From a virus (taxonomy: Duplodnaviria > Heunggongvirae > Uroviricota > Caudoviricetes): a stretch of DNA of 60,692 nt. Location: IMG/VR virus record IMGVR_UViG_3300029705_006930; one strand, given 5' to 3'. Below the pieces are notes generated by a model that was given only the letters and a program-made list of their open reading frames with translations, ran no database searches and was not told where the DNA came from. Positions within the stretch are counted from its first letter, which is position 1. Each line of letters begins with the position of its first letter. The position numbers and the translations under genes are program-made. Positions 52,574 through 60,692 of this stretch are shown one piece after another.

Positions 52574-52734
52574 TATTTACCTCGTCTGATTTCCATCAAT
52601 TTCTGTACAAAATGTCTTTCTTCTGGGAGGTAATATGTTTTTGCTCGTGCTTTTCTTTTGTTTGTTGTAGTAATTCTCAAAGAAGGAAATGCTTCTCTAA
52701 GTTTCATAGCTTCTTCACGGTTAATTTCAATCAT
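52573..52734 (-). CDS. Small basic hypothetical protein (53 aa), first gene of the operon
   Basis: Own translation MIEINREEAMKLREAFPSL...RRGK. AAGGAG RBS; TAATG overlap with the next gene. Confidence 0.65.
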
Positions 52735-52770
52735 TATAATTTCTCCTTTTATTTCCTTTTATTTCACGAA

Positions 52771-52854
52771 AAATGGTATAAAAGTTTGGTATACAATAAT
52801 GGCATAACAAACTGGCTTACATTTATTCGTATTCATATATACCAATAATTTTTT
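52771..52854 (-). promoter_or_regulatory. Periodic TGGTATA element, copy A (candidate late promoter/operator)
   Basis: Boxes at 52774, 52787, 52800 and 52813 (13-bp period), plus an inverted box at 52838. Confidence 0.6.
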
Positions 52855-52859
52855 GGCAA

Positions 52860-52888
52860 TAAAAAAGACCGCCCAAATGGCGGTCTGA
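52860..52888 (-). terminator. Intrinsic terminator ending the tRNA/ncRNA transcript
   Basis: agaccgcc-caaat-ggcggtct hairpin followed by a T tract on the minus strand. Confidence 0.75.
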
Positions 52889-53229
52889 TTTTCTAAAATT
52901 TAATCTTTTGTACAAAGCCACATTTTTTACAGCGGTAAACCATTAATTCTGCATATGGCATATTATCACGGGCGTTATTGTACAGACCAACTTCTCGGAT
53001 AAGCTCCCAGTCGTGTCTGCAAAACAAACTACGGATATACAAAAATATTGTTCTCATTTATCCTACTTTTACTGTTACCAATTCCATACCATCAAATGTC
53101 ATAACAGTATCTCCTTTCATTCATTGAGTTTTTCTTGCATAATTGCACTAGCTGTAGACAGGAAAACTCTAACCTTGATAGAATTCTATCTGCAACACTC
53201 AACAGCAAAGCATTACAGGTCATTGAATT

Positions 53230-53319
53230 TGGTACCACTGGCGGGACTTGAACCCGCAAGAATATCTCAATTCTGCAGAATTTTAAGTTCTGTGTGTAAG
53301 CCAATTCCACCACAGTGGC
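53230..53319 (-). tRNA. tRNA-Leu(TAA)
   Basis: GCCACTG/CAGTGGT acceptor stem, CT-TAA-AA loop, long variable arm, GTTCAAG, encoded CCA. Confidence 0.9.
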
Positions 53320-53479
53320 ATATATCGTTTCACCGAAGCTCTCTGCTGCCAGTTGCAGCCGACAGCAGGCTTCTTGGGAGAACCATCATAAAAATAGGAG
53401 ACCAATATCTGCAAATATCTATCTCTTGAAAACGCAGGTTCAAAAAGTTTTTGTTCCAAATCCCTCACTGGGACACATT

Positions 53480-54095
53480 CAGAGGCGTGCTGAGATTTTA
53501 ACCTCAGCGGGTTGCGCATAAATAGGTGCGGAGGGTCTTATCTTGCTTTAATGCCTTATAGGCTTTGTTGTAAAACTGTTATTTCTTCGCACTCCTATTA
53601 TTGAGTTGCCTACTTTAACAGTTTGATTTAAAAGCGAAGGCTTGGTACGGATGGCAGCAAGTAGCCAGAGCCGTGCCTCCGTCTGTTTTTGAGGAGAACT
53701 TCCCCTCGACTCGGTTGACCAGGGACTTTCGACCAGCCCAATTCTGTTTCGTCTACTAACGCAAGACTTCTCGTTCACCGCAAGATGAATATATCATCCA
53801 TATAAGCGTAATACAGTAACTTCACCACATTATTGTATGCATCCAAACCTGTAGAAAACTCAAAGCTGCTAAGATTTACAATGGTCGCCACCATTAACTA
53901 TTACAGCTCCTATAAACCTCTATAGTTACCCGACGTTTTGCTTTATAAACACTTGATTCTTTTTAAAGTTGCCAAGCTACAACTTAATCGTGGATTGGAA
54001 TTTCTTTACTGTGCTATCCTCGCACTGTCAACGCTGTCAACACAAAGGTTTCGAATCCTTTTGATAAGTAGGGGACAAATGTTGACAACGTCCAC
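53480..54095 (-). ncRNA. Candidate large structured ncRNA (ROOL/GOLLD-like context)
   Basis: About 600 nt with no credible ORF between tRNA-Thr and tRNA-Leu, with many hairpins (cgttgtcaaca/tgttgacagcg, aatggt/accatt, actgtta/taacagt, gctgag/ctcagc). Family not confirmed and boundaries approximate. Confidence 0.45.
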
Positions 54096-54171
54096 TGGAG
54101 CTGATAACAGAATTTGAATCTGCGACCTGCTGATTACGAATCAGCTGCTCTACCGGCTGAGCTATATCAGC
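54096..54171 (-). tRNA. tRNA-Thr(CGT)
   Basis: 76-nt cloverleaf, TT-CGT-AA loop, CCA. Confidence 0.9.
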
Positions 54172-54537
54172 ATATATATAGGGTTTCTCAGACTGCCACG
54201 CATTTCCATCTCTTGTTATTAACCTCGGCCTTCCTATTTAAGGAAACTATCTGGCCTTTTGGACCCCAAACACTTGCGTTCTTTGCCGATTTCTGTTAAA
54301 TATCGGGAACATCGTAGTGGTAATTTATATTCTGCGGTTGCCACTATCTCCGCAGGTACATAATCGATAGCGAATTTTATATAAACATCACTTGTGCCTC
54401 GAAGAGGGCTGCGAAGAATCAAGCTTCGATATTTTGACAGTGGTGATGTTATAACCATAATGCCCTTTTTGTGCGGAAGGGATAACCGCCAAAATAAGAA
54501 AGGAGCCAAACATATGAATTATGTTACAGACGCACCT

Positions 54538-54611
54538 TGGAGCAGCAGATGGGAATTGAACCCACGATATCTGCTTGGAAGGCAGAGGTGTTACCTCTAC
54601 ACTACTGCTGC
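54538..54611 (-). tRNA. tRNA-Gly(TCC)
   Basis: 74-nt cloverleaf, CT-TCC-AA loop, CCA. Confidence 0.9.
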
Positions 54612-54647
54612 ATAGGGAGGAGAGACGCGCTATCTCTCCAAATTTAA

Positions 54648-54723
54648 CGACGACAGTTGGACTTGAACCAACGACTATTGAGGTTATGCTGCCTCACGTT
54701 CTGCCTACCTGAACTATGCCGTC
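54648..54723 (-). tRNA. Atypical tRNA with an 8-nt anticodon loop (identity undetermined)
   Basis: Acceptor, D and T arms intact. Anticodon arm is TGAGG-CAGCATAA-CCTCA. No encoded CCA. Confidence 0.65.
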
Positions 54724-54724
54724 A

Positions 54725-54799
54725 TGGTGACCCCTGGGAGAATCGAACTCCCGATGCCAGCGTGAAAAGCTGGAGTCTTTACCTCTTGACCAAGGGGCC
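54725..54799 (-). tRNA. tRNA-Glu(TTC)
   Basis: 75-nt cloverleaf, TT-TTC-AC loop, CCA. Confidence 0.9.
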
Positions 54800-54987
54800 A
54801 TATGCAGACAGGCGAAATCAATATGATTTTCTTTAAAGTAAAATAAGAAGCATAACTTATACACAAAATGTGCTACCTATCAGAAACTTTTTTTATTGGT
54901 GACTCGGCACGGGTTATAAGGCACCGCCATCCTGTTGACTATACTGTTTTGCCTCGCTTACCAAGCATTTACGTCACCTATCCAAAC

Positions 54988-55063
54988 TGGCGGAAGCAGA
55001 AGGGCTCGAACCTTCGACCGTCGGATTAACAGTCCGATGCTCTGCCGACTGAGCTATGCTTCC
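54988..55063 (-). tRNA. tRNA-Asn(GTT)
   Basis: 76-nt cloverleaf, CT-GTT-AA loop, CCA. Confidence 0.9.
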
Positions 55064-55155
55064 ATGCTCTCAAGCATTGCAGCTTGAGACCTAAAATTGA
55101 GGCATTACTTTTTCTGTTTCTCAATTTCTAACCACTCTTAAGTTGTGGCGCACTT

Positions 55156-55230
55156 TGGTTCTGGAGCCACGATTTGAACGTGGAACTTTAGGCTTATGAG
55201 ACCTAATTGCTACCATTGCATCACTCCAGT
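55156..55230 (-). tRNA. tRNA with CAT anticodon (Met/fMet-like)
   Basis: CT-CAT-AA loop, A1:A72 mismatch, CCA. Confidence 0.8.
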
Positions 55231-55362
55231 ATATATGACCAGCTACCTCGCAAAACTGGCCGGGCTTAGGCTTCTCACCCGTAGGCTTCTCTCTTGCCTT
55301 ATCGGTTCACATACACCTAATATTACCACTCTTATTTATGAGAGAATCATAGCGAGGTTTGA

Positions 55363-55439
55363 TGGTTGCTGAGGTGCGGTTCGAACACACAAACTTCTGG
55401 GTCAAAACCAGATGACTCTACCAGTTCGTCTACTCAGCA
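55363..55439 (-). tRNA. tRNA-Gln(TTG)
   Basis: TGCTGAG/CTCAGCA stem, TT-TTG-AC loop, GTTCGAA, CCA. Confidence 0.88.
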
Positions 55440-55444
55440 ATACA

Positions 55445-55936
55445 TTAAGCAGATTCTTTATAACAATACCCTTTGCAAACATTAATAATTGTAGTTTTTG
55501 ACACATTAAATTTTTTACTTAATTCACTACGTGAATATATATGTTGATTTTCTTTTATGTATTTAATATCTTCTGCAGAGAGTTTTCTTTTATTAAAATA
55601 AACATTATTATTGCGAATCTCATATTGAATGTGATATTGTACGTTTTTGGCTGGAGTTGTCCATTCAAGATTTTCTAAAGAATAATTAAGCTTGTTTTCA
55701 TCTTTATGATGAACAATAGGATAATTATTCGGATTATCAATAAACGTTTCAGCCAACGCTTTATGAAGTCTAATATTCTTAACTTTATGATTATAATTTA
55801 AATTCACATGATAATACCCTGTTTTACCAATATAAGCTGTCATCAAATTTCCAGTTTTTAAATTTTTTATATTACCATTTTCATCAATAATAAAATTTGG
55901 ATATTCAACATTATTATAAATTAATGTTTTAAACAC
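55445..55936 (-). CDS. Free-standing HNH homing endonuclease with C-terminal HTH
   Basis: LHKALAETFI...VHHKDENKLN...NLEW motif. GTG start after AGGAGGT. Confidence 0.85.
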   Translation of the reverse strand: MFKTLIYNNVEYPNFIIDENGNIKNLKTGNLMTAYIGKTGYYHVNLNYNHKVKNIRLHKALAETFIDNPNNYPIVHHKDENKLNYSLENLEWTTPAKNVQYHIQYEIRNNNVYFNKRKLSAEDIKYIKENQHIYSRSELSKKFNVSKTTIINVCKGYCYKESA

Positions 55937-56008
55937 CAAATACCTCCTTTGGTATATTTTTTGATGGCACGTATTAGGGAACGTGCCCAAACCCTTAACT
56001 TTTAGCCG

Positions 56009-56091
56009 AAATGGTATACAAAAATGGTATATTTTGTTGGTATAACAAAACCGCTTACATATCTTGTATCCATAAATACCAACAATTTTTT
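56009..56091 (-). promoter_or_regulatory. Periodic TGGTATA element, copy B
   Basis: Boxes at 56012, 56025, 56038 and 56051 (degenerate), plus an inverted box at 56075. Confidence 0.6.
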
Positions 56092-56127
56092 GTAACTTAT
56101 TAATTAAATTACCTAAGTTGCATTTTT

Positions 56128-56209
56128 AAATGGTATAAAACAATGGTATAGACCAATGGGATAACAAAACAGCATACATTAAAAGTATCCATATATACCA
56201 ACAATTTTT
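56128..56209 (-). promoter_or_regulatory. Periodic TGGTATA element, copy C
   Basis: Boxes at 56131, 56144, 56157 and 56170 (degenerate), plus an inverted box at 56194. Confidence 0.6.
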
Positions 56210-56825
56210 AAAACACTTCCTGTGCCAAAGCCATAATGTCATTCTCTGACAATACATAAGTGCCTTCATTAATAAGTGGTACTTTAATTTTATAACGGCG
56301 ATTTTTAGATAATGGACGTTTTCTGTCCCACATAAAATAACTTTCTTCATCACCGCACTTTTCCATAAAATCAAAGTCAATCAATTCCGGAATATATCGA
56401 CCACTAATATGTGACTGCTGAAGACCTATCCAATTGGAAAATGCAACTGTTGAAATATTAACTTCGCCATCACTGTTGGCATTTATCTTTGCATAACATA
56501 AGATTGCCAAAGCTAAAAGCTTGCAATTCTTACTATCAAAACGACTGATAATATTATAAATATCTGTATCACTTACAAACACATCTGTCTTTCCACGCAA
56601 TTTATGCTTGTCCTCAAGTGCCTGATATATTACTGAGTTAACACTGAAAGGGAAGTACACGCGGTGTTTTTCGCCCCAGTTGAAAATCTCATTACGAATT
56701 TCTAAATTATTCAAGCCCTGCTCTTTATACCACATGGCCAGCAGGAAACATATTCTATGTAAACATTTCTTATTTATATTTTTACCTGCGAGGTATTCCT
56801 GTACCTCTTTGATTTCATCAATCAA
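56208..56825 (-). CDS. Hypothetical protein coupled to the RNAP gene, possible C-terminal winged-HTH
   Basis: TTG start after AGGAG, overlapping the RNAP stop; about 205 aa. Confidence 0.55.
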   Translation of the reverse strand: MIDEIKEVQEYLAGKNINKKCLHRICFLLAMWYKEQGLNNLEIRNEIFNWGEKHRVYFPFSVNSVIYQALEDKHKLRGKTDVFVSDTDIYNIISRFDSKNCKLLALAILCYAKINANSDGEVNISTVAFSNWIGLQQSHISGRYIPELIDFDFMEKCGDEESYFMWDRKRPLSKNRRYKIKVPLINEGTYVLSENDIMALAQEVF

Positions 56826-57505
56826 TAGTTTGGACTCCTTCTTCTCCAAGGTTACAACGAACCATTGTGTATTTCTTGCCCAAATATTCTTCGGTGCCGT
56901 TATCGTCACGCTGCGGTAACATAATATCTACCGGTTTAATGTTCTGTACAATACCGTCACCAGCAATCTGCCACAAGAATTTCTTATTGCGGGCGGGGTA
57001 CCTCTCGTAGCACAATACCGTCGCAATATTCGCCAGCTCCTGTATATTTGGGCATACCTGCAGGCAGCGGCTTTTATACTGGTCATAATAATACCCCCAG
57101 TTGAACATAAAATTCTGAGCAGTTTTTTTATCAATCCAATCTTTAAGTTCATCTTTGTAATCATCATATCGTTTAAACATTGCTGCTTCTTTACCTAACT
57201 CTGCCATTTCTTTATTAAACTCTAAATATATATTTTCTATCGCTTTAAAATGTTCTTCGGTATATCCAATTTCTTCATCAATCATAATATGGTAATCAAA
57301 ATCTTTAAATGTGCGTTTGTATCTGATTGTCTTTTCCCATTTTTCAATCTCTCTGCATAAACGGTTCATATTGCTGTTTGTCATTGCAAATTTGTGAAGC
57401 TTTCCATAATACTCACCAGCGTACTTCATAAAATAGGGAAGTGGCTTCGCATATTTTGCAATATGTTTCGGAATATTGAAAAGCACACCGGTCTTAGCGA
57501 AATCT
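56818..57505 (-). CDS. yonO: YonO-like single-subunit RNA polymerase, exon 2
   Basis: Splicing gives GKSI|DFAKTG, the conserved IDxAKTG motif. Confidence 0.85.
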
Positions 57506-58732
57506 CTTTGGACTATATCATCACCTCGCAGGGGAGCGAGGGGTTGGCGCTTCCAAATGCGGAATTGCACCGCAAATGTACAGATTTCATAACCTTAGCA
57601 AATGCCGTAGGTTGTATATCTTAGTCTCTTGACCTTACAATAAATTTCTTCATTGTCTTGGCACAGGATTGTTTATAGTATATAAATATTAGTCTTTGTG
57701 ATATTTTCCAGCTTTAATATTATTTATTGTACTACTATAACATTTAAGCTGACGGGCAATTTCACTGCAACTAACTCCTTCTGCTATCATTTGTTTTGCC
57801 CTGTTTATTTCCTCTTGGGTAAGGAAATGTTTTGGTTTCTTCTTATTCATGTATTCTTCCCAGCCATCAATTTTAATATGTGTCCAACTTCGATTATTGG
57901 CAATTGAACTGATAGCTCCAAAAGATACATTATATTTTTCACTCAATACTTTTTTAGATGTACCATTTAATAATTCTTTTTTTATATTTAAAACTTGTTC
58001 CTCATTTAATTTTGCAAATTTACTTTTGCTACCCAAATTCTGTTCACGAATTTTCTGTCTTGTTATATCACTAACTACTCTGTTGCTCATATATATACTT
58101 AAGGCTTGTTTGTTTTCTTCTGTGGGACTAAGGTGTTTACTTGATGCTCGCATTTTTTGCTTTGTCTCTTCAGACAACTTACTACCCAACATACGTTGTC
58201 TGTTTTTCTCTCCAAGCTGCTTATAAAATTCTTTATCACGTACACAACCTAAAGTTCCATCTCCACCTGTTGTTAAATTAAATCCATTATTGTATGTATC
58301 ATATTGTTTAATATATTCTTGTTCAAGCTGACTTAAATCATCATTATCCTTTTTTAAATATAAGATACCAAATATTAAACTATCTGCACCATATTTGTTG
58401 AATGAAGCTTGGAGATAAGCATTATCATGCTCATTGTGTTCCAATTTCCATTGATGATGCCAGAACCGTCGTTTAAAAGACTGGTCTGTTTTGCCGATAT
58501 ATAATTTATCATTACCTTTACAATAAATAGAATATATACCAGCCTCGTTTTTGTATTTATTATAATCTTTAAATTCCAAATATTTATTTCTATCTATATA
58601 CTATAAACTTCCCCTGTTAGCACATTACCAAATTGCCATTTCCTGCAATTCCACAATGTGTAATGCACACCCCGTATTTACGGGTTCACCAACTTTTGCA
58701 CTGTATGTCACCATACAGGAGCACAGATTTCT
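57506..58732 (-). mobile_element. Group I intron in the RNA polymerase gene
   Basis: P1 AGCAT|...GTGCT; P10 GAAATCT/AGATTTC; R GAGACTA; S GATATAGTCC; terminal G at 57506. Confidence 0.85.
57689..58579 (-). CDS. Intron-encoded GIY-YIG homing endonuclease (NUMOD3 and HTH repeats)
   Basis: AGIYSI...LYIGKT, GFNLTTGG and SEETKQKM motifs. Confidence 0.88.
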   Translation of the reverse strand: MEFKDYNKYKNEAGIYSIYCKGNDKLYIGKTDQSFKRRFWHHQWKLEHNEHDNAYLQASFNKYGADSLIFGILYLKKDNDDLSQLEQEYIKQYDTYNNGFNLTTGGDGTLGCVRDKEFYKQLGEKNRQRMLGSKLSEETKQKMRASSKHLSPTEENKQALSIYMSNRVVSDITRQKIREQNLGSKSKFAKLNEEQVLNIKKELLNGTSKKVLSEKYNVSFGAISSIANNRSWTHIKIDGWEEYMNKKKPKHFLTQEEINRAKQMIAEGVSCSEIARQLKCYSSTINNIKAGKYHKD

Positions 58733-60579
58733 ATGCTTTTACCTGTCACAACGGACAGAATATCTATATAACTATCATATTTTTTCTTTTGTTCTTGTGT
58801 TTTAGGAACTTTTGCATGGAAGCACGACGCCGCATTTGATGCTTCGCCAACAAGACTTACCATGCCACGTAAAATTGCAGCAAGTTTGCTTTGGTCATTA
58901 TAAGGTTCTTCAATGGATGTGATTTTATCTTCTATATCAATCATAATAGGAATGTCTCTTACGACACCTTCCATCATCAAAGGATTATCAATCACACAAA
59001 GCAAGTCTCCGTCAAAATCACAACCCGATAGACGTTGTGGTGTTAAGCTCTTGCCATTAATAATAATTGTATTGACCAAATGACTGCAATATTTATCTAA
59101 AAGTTCATTTGTTATACCTTTTAAGATAACATGTTCAGATTTACAAATATGAGGATTACGCTCAATCAATTTCTCTCCAAGTAAAACTCCATCTTTATTA
59201 AAACTGTAGAATTCATCAGCTTCGAGGCAACCATTGACTTCAAGCCCACCAATATGTTCCATCATCATAATTACATCAGGCACAGCAAATTTAAAACATG
59301 CTTTAAGCCACAATTTCCCGCATTTCATATCATCTTTATATTTCTCAATCAAAGATATAAGATATGTACGCACTCCATGTTCCTTCATCATCATCGGATT
59401 GCGAAGAATTGCCTTGGCATAATTATTAAGAGGCTTATGACTATCAGCCATCATACCTAAAAAACAATATGTATATAATGGGTCACCATTGATTATTTTT
59501 TCAATCCAACGAATACTATCTGTTGCGAGCAGTGCAAATTTCTCATATGGTAATTCCAGGTCTTGCAGAATCTGATAATTTCCTCTGGTATAAACTGGTT
59601 CTTCATCAAGAGAAAAGTTCCATTTTGCAACACCAAAGCAATGTTTATATTTTCGGAATTTATCCCAATATCGTTCCCAGTCAGCATAGGTGCCAGTATC
59701 TTTGAAGTATTTTTTACCTTTATACATACTTTCAAACCAGATACATAATGGCTCACTGCCAGGAGCAACAGAATGCTTCATACCCCAAATATCAGTAATT
59801 TCTGTGATGCCGTGTTCAGCAAAAAAAGTTTCATAATCAACTTCTATAGACAATCCTTTTATATAAGGACAGCGAGCAATAAAACTTGTCATTGGTGTAT
59901 TACTGCCAATCTTTTCTTCAAGAATACGGGATATGGCTGGATGATGAATCCCCGCACCATCAAACACATTAATTTCAATGTCTGTAGTTTTTTCTGCAAC
60001 ATCTTTTTGTGTCCAAGTTCTTTTTTCTCCAGTATCTTTATCAATAAATTCAGTTGTATTGTCATACAAATATTTAATGTGCTGATTTGGAATTACTCTA
60101 TAATAATCAGGAACAATCACAATTTTAGGAATCCAATCTTCAACACAGTGGCAGCTTGATAACATGAGTCCCCGGTAGGCTGTATATTTAGCAATTACAG
60201 TTTTATCAAAGTCAATATCCATAGTAATACGCTTGTCTAGTTCCTTGATAATTCGGCTGTCAACAAAACTCATAATTGCATTACGCTGCATTGAAGCACT
60301 TCGCTCTGAAATCTCAAATTTTTGCCCATTTACTTTAAACCCGTGCTGAACTATCTTTTTGAGTTCAGCTGTTTTATTTTTGGCACCTTTACAATCAACA
60401 AAAATTATGTATTTATTAAATTTTTCATCATCAAATGTAATCTTGCGTATCTGCCTCAACATAGGGGAGTCAGACTGTTTAATAAAATAACGTTCACAGT
60501 CACCCTGAATATGATAATCAGCATCTACAATTTCCTTAAAAGGAATTTTTCTTACTATATATAACGGTGGACTAAACAT
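58733..60579 (-). CDS. yonO: YonO-like single-subunit (double-psi barrel) RNA polymerase, exon 1
   Basis: SASMQR, FDGAG, RCPYIKG, RNPH and the catalytic GCDFDGD. Spliced product is about 844 aa. Confidence 0.9.
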
Positions 60580-60692
60580 TTACTCACCGTCCCTTAAACG
60601 CTGCTGCATTGTTTTTGGTGAGAATTTATGGTAACTCATTTCTGACCAATAATATTCGCTGGGCTCAAACAATTCACAGCCTTTTACATCAG
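60580..60692 (-). CDS. Partial hypothetical CDS (3' end only)
   Basis: Open frame ...CELFEPSEYYWSEM...RDGE* ending next to the RNAP start. Confidence 0.45.
   Translation of the reverse strand, partial: DVKGCELFEPSEYYWSEMSYHKFSPKTMQQRLRDGE

Noticed and set aside
53013..54615. Short ORFs in the tRNA region
   Set aside because: They overlap tRNAs or structured RNA and lack RBS and coding signal.
53230..55439. tmRNA or tRNA-linked HDV-like (theta) ribozymes
   Set aside because: I could not find a tmRNA tRNA-like domain or tag frame, nor a full nested double pseudoknot directly after a tRNA. A covariance search is needed to exclude them fully.
56009..56209. CRISPR array
   Set aside because: The repeats are 7-bp boxes with 6-bp spacers, far too short, and there are no cas genes.
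58733..60579. RNA-dependent RNA polymerase or reverse transcriptase interpretation
   Set aside because: DFDGD double-psi-barrel motifs and SPbeta-like synteny fit the DNA-dependent YonO family, and there is no YxDD RT motif context.

Overview
This window is the late region of a large SPbeta-like (YonO-encoding) tailed phage or prophage, probably of a Firmicutes host, and nearly everything is encoded on the minus strand. Reading from right to left: a YonO-like single-subunit RNA polymerase split by a group I intron; three copies of a ~75-bp periodic regulatory element; a cluster of tRNAs and probable ncRNAs; a DNA-modification locus (PP-loop/PAPS-reductase-family enzyme, C5 cytosine methyltransferase, radical SAM protein); a terminase split by two group I introns; head and tail genes, including a ~2460-aa tail protein split by a fourth group I intron; tail fibres; and the lysis genes. 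The most striking signal is in the modification locus. The PAPS-reductase-family gene holds three tandem homologous cassettes (GFP..G.WCTS.LK), each in a different reading frame. An (AG)13 microsatellite, a G5 run and a T5 run sit where small length changes would bring cassette 1, 2 or 3 into frame between a shared N-terminus and C-terminus. The adjacent methyltransferase is frameshifted at a G8 tract. I infer a phase-variable, cassette-switching DNA-modification system. All calls were made by eye with no database searches.
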